Below, in pieces: positions 9,749-20,200 of a DNA stretch of 64,000 nucleotides; the first letter of the stretch is position 1, and every line of letters begins with the position of its first letter. Origin of the DNA: Blastocladiella emersonii ATCC 22665. Lineage: Eukaryota > Fungi > Blastocladiomycota. Made by a program: the position numbers and the translations under genes. The notes below the pieces were generated by a model. The model was not told the DNA's origin. It was given only the letters and a program-made list of their open reading frames with translations, and made no database searches. The stretch lies in contig JANHCV010000001.1 of the NCBI GenBank assembly GCA_025594325.1, positions 4,216,001 to 4,280,000 on the forward strand, given 5' to 3'.

Positions 9749-12037
9749 TCACGCGCGCCGCTTGGCCACGGGCATCCCGTCGCCGTTGAACGAGCACGAC
9801 AGCGGTCCACGCACCGTCTCAGCGTGCTCGACCTTGACCGCGAGCAGGAACCGATCGCCCGAAGCCGCGTCCGTCATCGGCACCATCCAGTTCCGCGTAC
9901 ACGCCATGCCCACGACGCCCGCGCGCCCGCCGCGCGGCATCATCTTGGCCCGGTCGCCCGCCGTGTACACGTTGGCCGCGGTCCCCGCCGCGTACCCCGC
10001 CGCGTACTCGCGCACGTCCATCTCGGGCCCCGCCAGCCCCGCGCGGTACGGCGACCGGCCCGCGTGCCGCGCGAGGACGCGCGCCGCAGGACCCGCGGCC
10101 AGGGAGCCCGCCCACGCCGTCTCCGGCGCGCGCTGTGCGCCGACCACGCCCATGGCTTCGAGCTCGTCGGGCGTCAGGCCCGTGTCGCTCGGGACCGCGG
10201 ACGCGGGGACCGTGATGATGGGAGCCGCGCACGGCACGTCGCCAAAGTAGGTCGCGGTGCGGCCGTCCGGCAGGGGGAACTCGGCGGCGAGCGCGGCGTA
10301 GCCCGACGCGGTGATGTTGGCGGGTTGCACGGTGGCGACGCGGCGCGACGTGCACACGCGCACGTTCGTCAGCGTAATCGTCGCGTTGTGCACGGGCGAC
10401 CAGCCGGTCCATGTCGGCAGGATGGAGGACGCGGCCGCCGGGCCCGCGCAGAGTGTCGGGTTGCACAGCGTCGAGGCTGGGAGGCTGGGCGCCTTGAAGT
10501 CGCGCGCGCACACGACGGCGAGCTCGACGGTGGCCGGGATCGCGGGCCGCGCGACGTAGACGTGGCGGAGCAGGTCGGGCACCGCGATCAGAATGGCGGG
10601 CGTGAGCACGGACCACGCGAACGTGAGCAGCGTGAGCGCCCACTTGGTCGCGCGGAACGGCCACGCCCGGTAGTAGTAGTGCGCGGGCCGGCGGCCGGCG
10701 CACATGCCGCAGCAGTGCGCGTAAAAGACGGCGGTCAGCAGCGCCGAGTCGCGCGCGGCCGTCCACGCTGACAGACCGAACCGCAGCGCCATGGGCACCG
10801 TCACGTCGCGCGGGCCCGCGTTCGCCAGCACCACGGTCAGCGTCAGCGTGTCGCGCAGGAAGATGCCCGCGACGGCGCGCGCCTTGGCCCCAGTGAACGA
10901 CGCCGCGTACAGGTCCCGCGCGCGCCGCCGGTGTGCGTGCGCCAGCGCCTGCGACCACGAGAAGCCGCGCGAGCGGACGCGGATCGCTGCGTTCAGGTCC
11001 CACGCGAACAGGAGCACGCCGACCAGTGTCGCGAGCAGGATCAGGTTGAAGGCCGCCGTCGCCCCGCTCAGGTACGGGAGCGCCGGGGAGACGAGCGCGT
11101 GGCACGCCGGCGTGAACGTCGCCAGGTACGCGATGTTGAGCGCCAGGTCCGCCACGCACAGGACCAGGTCGAAAAAGTACGCCGCCCAGTGCGCCGACAC
11201 CGCCGTCAGCGGCACGGGCGCCGGGATCCCGCCCGGCCCGTCTTTCCCCGCCGGCCGCGTCGCCGCGTCCGCGTCCTTGATCGGGTCCGCCAGCTTGCGC
11301 TCGCCGTGGCCGTCGCCCGACTCGCTGCGCAGCGTCTCGACGCTGCTCCCGAGACTCGTGCCCGCGCAGCTCGACGACGTCGGCGTCGACGTGAACGACG
11401 GCAGGTCGAGCGGGACCACGTCGCGCCGCGTCGGCCGCGCCGTCCCGTCGACCGCGTACCCCGCCGCCTGGTGCCGGTGGCCCGGGTACTCGACACCGCC
11501 GGCGCGCGCCTCGCGGATGACGGCGGCCATCATCTGCGCGTCGTTGGTCAGCTCGCTCGGGCCCGTGACGACCGCGACCGTGGTCTGCGCGCCCGTCGCG
11601 CTGTCGATGGTCACTTCCGTGAACTCGGTCGGGTCGAGCCACCCACTGCTGCCGGGGGCGACGGGCGGTGAGGTTGGGGTGGCCGGCGATGCGACGCGGT
11701 GTAGCGTGAGGCGCTGCGGCTCGCGATCGGGGACTGTGGTGGTAGCCGGTGCGCGGACCGGCCGCGCGAGGTGCATGGCCGACGACGGCGCGCGCGACCG
11801 CGGCAGCGGGATCTCGGCCGGGTCGACAGCGCCCAGGAACGTCGCGTCGGCGGGGCGGTCGGAAGGGAGGACCTGGTGCAGCACCGTCTCGCCAATGTCG
11901 TGGTGCACGGATCCGGTCGATGGCTGCTGCACCGTCGGCAGCGCGGAGCGCGACGGGGTCACGGTCGCGACCGAGGTCGATGTCGCCTGGCGCGCCCGCG
12001 CGTCGGTCAGGTCGACCTCCGGGTGGTTGGTGGACAT
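9749..12037 (-). CDS. Uncharacterised multi-pass membrane protein (762 aa, no intron seen)
   Basis: Long ATG-initiated ORF with a disordered N-terminus, 4-5 hydrophobic segments and a Cys-containing, beta-rich C-terminal region. It fits between its neighbours without overlap. No family recognised. Confidence 0.7.
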   Translation of the reverse strand: MSTNHPEVDLTDARARQATSTSVATVTPSRSALPTVQQPSTGSVHHDIGETVLHQVLPSDRPADATFLGAVDPAEIPLPRSRAPSSAMHLARPVRAPATTTVPDREPQRLTLHRVASPATPTSPPVAPGSSGWLDPTEFTEVTIDSATGAQTTVAVVTGPSELTNDAQMMAAVIREARAGGVEYPGHRHQAAGYAVDGTARPTRRDVVPLDLPSFTSTPTSSSCAGTSLGSSVETLRSESGDGHGERKLADPIKDADAATRPAGKDGPGGIPAPVPLTAVSAHWAAYFFDLVLCVADLALNIAYLATFTPACHALVSPALPYLSGATAAFNLILLATLVGVLLFAWDLNAAIRVRSRGFSWSQALAHAHRRRARDLYAASFTGAKARAVAGIFLRDTLTLTVVLANAGPRDVTVPMALRFGLSAWTAARDSALLTAVFYAHCCGMCAGRRPAHYYYRAWPFRATKWALTLLTFAWSVLTPAILIAVPDLLRHVYVARPAIPATVELAVVCARDFKAPSLPASTLCNPTLCAGPAAASSILPTWTGWSPVHNATITLTNVRVCTSRRVATVQPANITASGYAALAAEFPLPDGRTATYFGDVPCAAPIITVPASAVPSDTGLTPDELEAMGVVGAQRAPETAWAGSLAAGPAARVLARHAGRSPYRAGLAGPEMDVREYAAGYAAGTAANVYTAGDRAKMMPRGGRAGVVGMACTRNWMVPMTDAASGDRFLLAVKVEHAETVRGPLSCSFNGDGMPVAKRRA

Positions 12038-12251
12038 GTTCTTGTTGATGTCGGGGGGTATCTCTATCGGTCTATCGACGAGTCTATGGTTGTGCAGGAG
12101 AGGGGGGAGCTAGGCGTAACGCAGCGCGATGCTACATATATCGGGGGAGCGGGCATGCGATTCCGGCCCTGAGCGCCATGTGCGAGCGAGCGGGACGGGA
12201 ACGAGGGACACGGCCGCCGGGCGTGCGAGACATTTGGCGCGAGACAAAACG

Positions 12252-12267
12252 GCGCGACGCGTCGCGC
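12252..12267. promoter_or_regulatory. Perfect 16-bp palindrome GCGCGACGCGTCGCGC centred on ACGCGT in a divergent promoter
   Basis: Read directly from the sequence; lies between the divergent starts at 12037 and 12400. Function is inferred only. Confidence 0.4.
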
Positions 12268-12399
12268 GTCCTTGGCAGCGCCCCACCTGACGCGGCGTGA
12301 CGCCTGGCACCGCGCCTCTCTGCTCCCTCCCTCCTCCCTCGCAACTTTCTTCGGTGGACGCCGCGATCATCGCACAACCCAAACGCACCACTACCTGCA

Positions 12400-12987
12400 A
12401 TGTCAATCCACCCGGAACTCGAGGACTCGCTCGCGGCGCTGCAGTCGGCGGTCCCGGCGCTGCAGACCCGCCTGGCGCCCGTGCTCGACTCGCCCGCGGG
12501 GCTCGACGACGTGCTGCAGGCGACGGCGGCGCCGCTCGACCGCGCCAAGCTGCTCGTCACGCTCGCCTTCACCCTGCACACGACGCTGCACGCGTACCTC
12601 AAGGTCAACGGCGCCGACACCAAGGCCCCGCAGATCAAGACCCAGCTCGACCGCCTCAAGACCTACTTTGAGAAGCTCAAGCGCGCCGAGATGAGCAAGG
12701 ACCGCGCGCGCGTCGACGCGCCTGCCGCGGGACGGTTCATCAAGGCCGCACTCGCCGGTGACGGCGCCGAGGCGTCGGCGTCGTCTGGTGCGAGTCAGCA
12801 GCCACCACGGGCCGCGGCCGAGGGCAAGGGCCGCGCGCCGACCCCGCAGCAGGGCGGGCGCCGGACACCAACCCAGGGCGGCAGCAGCGGGAACCAGGGT
12901 AACGGCGCCAGCAAGCGGCCGTTCTCGGGTGGTCGCGACAACGCCGGGCCACCGGCCAAGCGCGGTCGCGGTAACGTTCGCCGCTGA
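12400..12987 (+). CDS. C1D: Nuclear exosome cofactor C1D/Rrp47 (Sas10/Utp3/C1D family)
   Basis: LDRAKLLVTLAFTLHTTLHAYLKVNG...IKTQLDRLKTYFEKLK...RVDAPAAGRFIKAAL matches the C1D pattern; basic disordered tail. Confidence 0.85.
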   Translation: MSIHPELEDSLAALQSAVPALQTRLAPVLDSPAGLDDVLQATAAPLDRAKLLVTLAFTLHTTLHAYLKVNGADTKAPQIKTQLDRLKTYFEKLKRAEMSKDRARVDAPAAGRFIKAALAGDGAEASASSGASQQPPRAAAEGKGRAPTPQQGGRRTPTQGGSSGNQGNGASKRPFSGGRDNAGPPAKRGRGNVRR

Positions 12988-13070
12988 TCGTGTACGGGAA
13001 GGCGGCGTGAGACTGAATACATGCTAAAAACACGTAAACAAAAAGTATATCATCGTCGTCGCAGGCTGCA

Positions 13071-13596
13071 TTACTGGCGCTTCTTGAGCTCCTGCTCCAG
13101 CGCCCACACGCGCGTCTTGAGCTCGAGGTGCTCCACGGTCAGGTTGTCCTACACGCCAACGAGGGTCAGGATTGGACCAGCGACAGCGAGCACGAGAGTA
13201 ACGCACAATGGCCTTGTACAGGTCCTTGCGCGCCTTCTCGAGGTCGTCGCGCTTGATGGCCGAGCCCTTGACGGCCTTGACCTCGGCCTCGAGCGAGTCG
13301 GCCTTGGCCAGGCTGGCGCGGATCGCCTCGACGCTGCCGCCGAGCTGCTCGACGTTGGTCAGGAGCGCGTTCGAGTACACCGAGTAGTCGCCCTGCAGGT
13401 TGTAGTACGACACGCCGCCCGCGATCACAAAGCCCAGCAGCAGACCCATCAGGCCGCCGCGCACCGCGCCCAGCGGCTTCTTGGGCGGCGGCAGCGGCGT
13501 CGCGCGGAACGTCGACTCGGACGCGGCCGCCGTCGCCGTCTCGGTCGCCGTCGACAGCATGCGGCGGGCAGCAAGGTGCATGCGCGAGCGGAACAT
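13071..13596 (-). CDS. Uncharacterised single-pass, probably mitochondrial coiled-coil protein
   Basis: Presequence-like MFRSRMHLAARRMLSTA; TM segment RGGLMGLLLGFVIAGGVSYY; coiled coil. Intron 13206-13149 gives ...LYKAIDNLTVEHLELKTRVWALEQELKKRQ*. Confidence 0.75.
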
Positions 13597-13780
13597 GGTG
13601 GTGGTGATGCGTCGAGTTAAGGTGTTGATCCGTTGCAAAAGACTGCGTCGAGGAGAGCGGGGGAGGGAGAGGGGCAGGCGAGGAGAAAGACTGCGAGGAG
13701 AGCAGCGATCGCCACACGTGATGGGATATCACCCCGTATATCATCAACCTCGGACCGGCTCTCGCAACCACGAAACGGCA

Positions 13781-15304
13781 ATGGCAGCCAGGGTACATGG
13801 TTCTCTCGCAACTCTGCGCAACGTCGTCGTGCCCGCCATGAGGTGCCCCCGCGGCGCCGCGGTCGCGCCCCACGCGGCCCGGCGAGGCCTCGCCTCGTCG
13901 TACCCGCGCCAGACCGCGGTTGAGCGGCGGGAACCGGTTCGGAAGTCACCAAAGACGCCCGAACCGCTGAGCCGCTACGTCGATCCGAGCCCATGTGCAA
14001 CGTGGGCCGACATGGACCTGCACCCTGCCCTCTTTGAGCGGTTGAGCGCGCAAAAACTCGCCGAGCCGACCTTCATCCAGTCCGCCAGCTACAAGCTCTT
14101 GAGCAGCGCGGACGCACCGCGCGTCGCGCTGGCCGCCGAGACCGGGTCGGGCAAGACGCTCGCGTACCTGCTCCCGCTGCTGGACCGGCTGCTGCACAAC
14201 GAGAAGCGGACGGGGATCGCGGCGCTCGTGCTCGTCCCGACGGCCGACCTCGCCCGCCAGGTCGCCGGCGTCGTTGCCCTGTACGGCACCCCGCAGATCG
14301 CCCCGCTCACGCACATCCTGGACTCGCCGTCCTCGCCCACGTCAATCCTCGTCACGACGCCGGCGGCGCTCAACGCGCTGCCCAAGCCCGACGTGATGCG
14401 CCGGTTGGCGGACCTGGACGCCCTCGTCATCGACGAGGCCGACCACCTGCTCTCGGGCGGGTACCAGGCCGCGACGCTCGACATTATCGCGGCGTTCCGC
14501 AAGTCGCGCGGCACGCAGATCATCCTCGCGGGTGCGACCATGAGCGACCGGTCCGCCAAGTGGCCGCTCGCCCTCGCGCGCCGCGCGCTCCCGGACCTCA
14601 CCCTCGTCGAGTCCCCGCGCAACCACTGCACCGTGCCCACGCTCAACGAGGAGTTTATCCGTGCCGGTCCCGAGAGCGACGTCGACGGCCGCCACGTCGC
14701 CGTTCTCTCGGCGATTGACGCCGCAGCGACCGACGCCGCACACCCCGCCGACATTGTCCTCGTCTTCACGCGCAAGTCGGACACGGTCCCCGCGCTCGCC
14801 ACGGCGCTCCGCAACGACCGGCCCGCCTGGACCGTGCACGCGTTCAGCCGGCACACGGACCCCGACGACCGCGCGACCCTGCTCGCCAACCTGCGCTCGA
14901 CGCGGCGTGCGCGTAGTGAGAGCCCGACCGTCGTCGTGTGCACCGACGCCCTCGCGCGCGGCGTCGACCTGCCCCGCGTCACGCACGTCGTCCATCACAC
15001 GTTCCCGAGCGACGCCACCACGTACCTGCACCGTGTCGGGCGCACCGCGCGCGCGGGCAAGCGCGGGGTCTCGATTGCGTTGGTTGGGCCCAAGGACGAG
15101 CGGCTCGCGGTCGCGCTCGAGCGGACCGCGCGCGGGGTCAAGGTCGGCCACGCGTCGGACGTGGTGCTTTCTGCAGGTGAAAAGGACGCGGTGGCCGAGG
15201 TCGGCGGCAAGGCGTCGGTCGAGGCGCTCTTCTCGCGCAACCGGTCGTGGCGCGTCCAGTACCGCAAGGCGGTCAAGTCGCAGCAGGGCTCGGAGCGAGA
15301 GTAG
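13781..15304 (+). CDS. MRH4: Mitochondrial DEAD-box RNA helicase (MRH4/DDX28-like)
   Basis: Presequence-like N-terminus; AAETGSGKT (motif I variant typical of Mrh4), VIDEAD, TDALARGVD, HRVGRTARAG. Confidence 0.8.
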   Translation: MAARVHGSLATLRNVVVPAMRCPRGAAVAPHAARRGLASSYPRQTAVERREPVRKSPKTPEPLSRYVDPSPCATWADMDLHPALFERLSAQKLAEPTFIQSASYKLLSSADAPRVALAAETGSGKTLAYLLPLLDRLLHNEKRTGIAALVLVPTADLARQVAGVVALYGTPQIAPLTHILDSPSSPTSILVTTPAALNALPKPDVMRRLADLDALVIDEADHLLSGGYQAATLDIIAAFRKSRGTQIILAGATMSDRSAKWPLALARRALPDLTLVESPRNHCTVPTLNEEFIRAGPESDVDGRHVAVLSAIDAAATDAAHPADIVLVFTRKSDTVPALATALRNDRPAWTVHAFSRHTDPDDRATLLANLRSTRRARSESPTVVVCTDALARGVDLPRVTHVVHHTFPSDATTYLHRVGRTARAGKRGVSIALVGPKDERLAVALERTARGVKVGHASDVVLSAGEKDAVAEVGGKASVEALFSRNRSWRVQYRKAVKSQQGSERE

Positions 15305-15358
15305 AGCGGGCAATATATAGTCGAAGTTTGCGTCATCGCGCACACAAGGGAATAAGGT

Positions 15359-16982
15359 CTAGCACATGGACCGGTCGTCGCCAAGCACGGTGCGGAGGCG
15401 CGACCGCCAGTCGTCGCCGTTGATGTAACACCCGGACAGGCGGCGGTGACCAGTGAACGCGGCGCGGCCGTGGAGCACGCGGTGGTTGTCGAACACGACG
15501 ACGGTGCCGGGCGCGAGCGGGAACCAGTACTCGTTCTTCTTGCTGACGAGCAGCTCCTGCCACTGCAGCAGCGCGTCGTAGTACCGCGCCACGTCGGCGT
15601 GCGACAGGTGGTTGAGCGTCGACCGGTCGTTGTTGTTGTACCGGATCTGCGTCAGCGCGCCCGTCGCCGGGTCCTCGGTGAACATGGACTGGTACCGCGG
15701 CGACGGGTAGATGTACGTGTCGCGGTCGCCCGCACAGTGCGCCGCCACCCGCAGGTCGCGCAGCGCAGCGTACGCGTCGGGCGACTGCGTCTTGAGCTGC
15801 TTGGCCACCTCGAAGCCGTCGACCAGAAGCGACTCGCCGCCCTTGCCCTTGAACTCGAGCAGGTGGAACAGCTGCAGACTGGAAGGTGCGCGATCAGGGT
15901 CAGCGGCCGTACGGGCCGAGCAGGTGCGAGCAAACGTACCCGATGGGGTCGGTAAAGTAGGTCGTGTCGGTGTGAGCGGGCAGCGCGATGCTCGTGTAGG
16001 CCGTGTCGCCGTGCTCGAGGTTCGGGGTGAAATCCCAGTAGGTGCCGTAGTGGGTCTCGCGGATGAAGGCGATGCGCTCCGAGAGCTCCTTGGTCTTCTC
16101 GATCGTGGCGGGCACGCCGTGGACAAACGAGAAGCCGTACACGGCCTAGGTCGAGTACGGATCGATGCGATCAGCTGTGAAGTCAGGAAAAAAGAGTGTG
16201 AGGCGGAGTGTACAATGTTTTCGAGCCACTTGCCGAGCCCCTTGTTGCTCTTGTCCATGACCTCGTCGTACTGGACGGCGGGCGGCGCCTTGGCGATCTC
16301 GGCGCCCCACAGCTTGGGCGGAAACGTGCGCTCGAGGTGGCGGAACTCGGACTTGTCCGAGTAGGCGTGGTTGGCGAGCCAGCTGTCCTCGAACGTAGAG
16401 ACGTGGCCATCAGGCCCTGAACCACAGAGATCGCGCGTCAATTGACGAATATACGCGAGTACGATGGATCCGAAGACGTACAGGTGATCTTGACGGCGCC
16501 CTTCTCGGCGACGACCGACTTGGGCTGGATATCGCGCGGGATCTACGTGACCAACGCGTCGTCAGAATGGGGGACGCCACCCGAGCGATGATGGCCGGCG
16601 GAACGCACCGTGTTGGTCTCGACGAGACGCTGCTTCGTGATCGGGTGCCAGCACTCGGCGCACTTGCAGTGGTCGCGCAGCCAGATGGCGTGCCTAGTCG
16701 TTGTGCGAGCGATCAGCGGTTGCGGCATCATCGCAGCACGATCATGTCAGCGTACAGCGGGACAGTCTTGCCCTTGACGGGCACGTCGACGACGGCGATC
16801 GACTTGGGCCCGCGCGTGGCCGCAGGCGCCGCCGCAGCGTTCAGGTTGACGGCGGCGGCATGGAGATGGCGCGAGGCGGCCGCGGCGCGGGCGACGGGGC
16901 GGAACGCAGAGGCCGCAGCCGGGCGAGCGATAGCAGCAAGAGCGCGGCGGGTGGCGCCAGCGAACATGGCGGTGGTATTCAT
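15359..16982 (-). CDS. TMLHE: Trimethyllysine dioxygenase (carnitine biosynthesis; TauD/BBOX family), multi-exon
   Basis: WLRDHCKCAEC (N-terminal Zn domain), AYTSIALPAHTDTTYFTDP, GGESLLVDGF, QIRYNNNDR, FDNHRVLHGRAAF; Arg/Ala-rich presequence. Confidence 0.88.
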
Positions 16983-17137
16983 AGTGTACAGTCAGCCAGT
17001 CTATCGATTGGTGTACAAGAGAACGGGGAGAAGAAGCAGTCGGCGGCGGCGGCCTCGGATCGGGCCGAGCCACACTCCCGGCGACGCGTGATTTGAAAGT
17101 TAGCCTGCGCCCACGTGGCCCGCGTGCGGAGATCACC

Positions 17138-17157
17138 GACGCGTCTCGCGACGCGTC
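17138..17157. promoter_or_regulatory. Tandem ACGCGT (MCB-like) element GACGCGTCTCGCGACGCGTC in the TMLH/CC2D2A divergent promoter
   Basis: Read directly from the sequence; 19/20 identical to 33967-33986. Confidence 0.5.
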
Positions 17158-17250
17158 TCTCGCGGCCGCCCCCGCCCCCGCTCTCCGCGCCCTCCCACGC
17201 TCGCCCACCGCACGAGCCATGTATAACACACTTCATGCAACGTGACGCTC

Positions 17251-20200
17251 ATGGAACGCGATCATGAGCGAACAACCGCCGCCGACAGCGGTGACAAGGC
17301 CGCCGCCCTCGACCGCGCGCGGCAGCGCATCAATCTCATCCGGCAGCAGCGCGGCGACCAGGGATCCGATGCAGCGGGTGGGACACTGCGCTCGCCCGCC
17401 GTCGGCGCGGTCGGCCAGTCCGTGAGCCCGCTCGTGTCGCCCAACTCGTCGGCGGGGGCGGCTCCGTTGCGTCATGGGTTCCCGCAGGGCGGCCGGCTGC
17501 CCGCGCTGAGCTCGGCAGTGAGCGGATCGGCGGCCGCCATGAACCAATCCGACCTCGATGCCTCTGGTGGTGCTCGGCCTGGCCGGTCGCTTCGCAGCTT
17601 GCGCCAGCTCGCCAACTCGACCATGATCGCGGCGACTGCTACTCGCCCCACCCGCGGTCCGCCGTCGCCGACTGCACCCGTGCTCACGATCCACAACGAG
17701 GCACGGCCGCACCGCTAATCATCTCAACCCTCCAAAATTAACACGGCAGTCTCATGTAGACGGACGAGACGCCGCGCCCGATCCTCTCCGACACCTCGCT
17801 CCAGGAGCCGCAGCCGCTCGGGCAGCGCGACCCGCTCATGCAGTCGCAGGCGCTGTTCCAGCTAGGCCAGATGGTCAAGGAGCTCCCCGAGTCGCCCTCG
17901 CGGACCTCGGTCCCGGAGCCGCGCGACGACCCGCCACCCGCACCAACCCGGCTCCCCGCCAAGTCGGGGGGCCTGTTCGGTCTCTCCATGTCCATCAGCG
18001 CGCTTCGAAGACGCAAAACCACCGAGATGAGCCTGCAGCTGCTCAACGACGGCAGTGGCGACGCGGACGCGGGGCCCGGCACTCGCCCGCACTCGCCAAC
18101 CAGCGAGCCCGAGAGTCCGGTCCACCGTGCGCCCGGCGCGTTCCACCCGGGCTCAGGCAGCCCCGTGGCCCCGAACAGCCCCAAGGAGGAGAAGCGCGCC
18201 AAGTTCGCCAAACCGAGCCCCGACGAGCTCGAGGCCCTGCTCAGCTCGTACATTGACATCTCGGTCCCCGTCGAGCCCGTCCATCCCGAGTACCTGGACT
18301 ACGGCGTCGCACCCGCTGCGACGACGGAGCCGGAGCTTCGCCCCGCTCACGCGGAGCTGGAGCAGTTCGAGCGCGAGCTGCAGGCGGCGGCCGCGCGCGG
18401 CGAGCACGTCCCTTCGGTCCCGTCAGCCGCCAAGGCCAACCACGCACTGGTCATGGCGCGCTCGCCGGACCTCGCCGCGGCCACGGGCGCTTCGCCGTAC
18501 CTGCACCCGCACCACGTCCCCGCGCGGCTGCCGATCCGCGAGAGCCGGCCGTACGGCCCCGCTGACGCGGCGGCGGACCCGGCCGCGTTTGAGCCCGTCG
18601 CCTCGACCACGTCGGAAACGCTCGACCTGCGTCTCCTGCGCATCAAGCTGTACCACATCGTGTTCCAGTCGCACCCGCTGCTCAACGCCGAGCAGCGCCT
18701 CGTCGACTCGCTCGCCAGCGCCGTCGCCCTGCACACGCGGCTGTGCGCGCAGCAGACCGACGCGTACCTGACGCAGCGGATCCGCGCGACCATTGACGGG
18801 TACAAGCGCGGGAAGCGGGACCTCGAGAACGAGATGGCAAACCGGCCGGGCGTCGACTCGCCGCTGTGGCAGTTCCCGCTCGCGCCGCCCGTCGCGTCGG
18901 CGCAGTTCGCCTTCATGGTCCACGAGGACCACGCGTACCTCACGCGCCTCCTTGCCCTCGTCCACAGCATGCAGGAGGGGCTCGCCGAACTCCGCGAGCT
19001 GCGGATCACGCGCCAGCGCGAGCGCGGCCGGCTCGCGGACGTCGAGCACCTCGTCCAGCGCAAGTGGTCCGAGCTCCAGCAGATGCGGATTCAACAGGGG
19101 TTCGCTTCGTCGACGGAGCGGCTCGAGATGGACTCGGAGGACGCGGACGGGGTCGCGCTAGCCGATCTCGAGGAGGAGGCCCGCGACCTCGCGCGCGAGA
19201 ACGCTGAGTTTGCGTCCGTGTGCTCGACCGAGGCAGCTCTGTGCGCGCTCGTCGACCCGGAGCTCGTCCCGCCGCCGTGTGCGCTGCCTGCGTACCTCCC
19301 CGCAGAGACGGTCCATCCGACGCCGGGACGCACGTTCCGGCTCGCCCACGGTGCGCCGACGACGGCGCCGAGCGGGTGCCCGCGGTCCGAGCAGGCGCGC
19401 CGTGGCCAGGTCGAGGCCCTGGCGTACGCGGTCCGCGTCCAGGTCGGCAACACGCTCGTCACGTCGACGCGGACGCACGGGATGCTCGACGAGCGGCGCG
19501 CCGTGATCATCAACGAGGCCATCGACGTGTTCATTGACACGAGCTCGTCGACTGAGCTGTCGCTGGGTATCTTCGAGGAGGTACGCCGGTCGCGCACTTC
19601 ACGCTGCTTCCGCGGAGCCTAACCCGCGTTCATACATCCAGGGCCGGTTCTTCTCGACCTTCGTCTCGCGCGTGTCGGTCCCGAAGACGTACTCGTCTCA
19701 CGCCGAGGGCATGCACCAGCTGAGCTGGGCCTCGTCGACGGGCGAGTATGCGGGACAGCTGCACTACCAGCTCATGTGGCACTCGAGCCCGCCGGGCATC
19801 GCGGCCGCGGCCGAGGACCCGTTCCCCGCGCTCTCGCAGCTGCCGAACCCCGCGCGGCTCGACGCGCGGTGGGCCATCAGCTGGGCCTCGACGCTGCATG
19901 CCGAGACCCCGCGCGACCACCCCATGGTACCGCAGGTCCAGCGGCTCGTGCAGGAGGCCCGCGCGATCGTCGTCCCGCACACGCACCGCGAGCTCGACGC
20001 GTTCGCCGACCACCTCAGCACCTTCAGCCCCGTCGACGCGCGCCGGCACGAGATCCTGAGCAAGCGGCACCTGCGACAGATCGTGGGCGTCGGCGCGGTC
20101 CCGCTAGGCACCGAGGTCATGGCGCTCACGTACCAGGACGCGCAGCCGCCGTCCAAGGAGCTCCAGATGCTGCTGCAGAACAAGCACGAGCTCGGCGCCG

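Noticed and set aside
13481-13780. ORF-track N-terminal extensions from upstream GTG/TTG starts (helicase 13481, MscS 41771, TPR-MBL 60713, UTR4 60846, MDH 7841)
   Set aside because: They run through promoters or neighbouring genes; downstream ATGs in good context give sensible N-termini.
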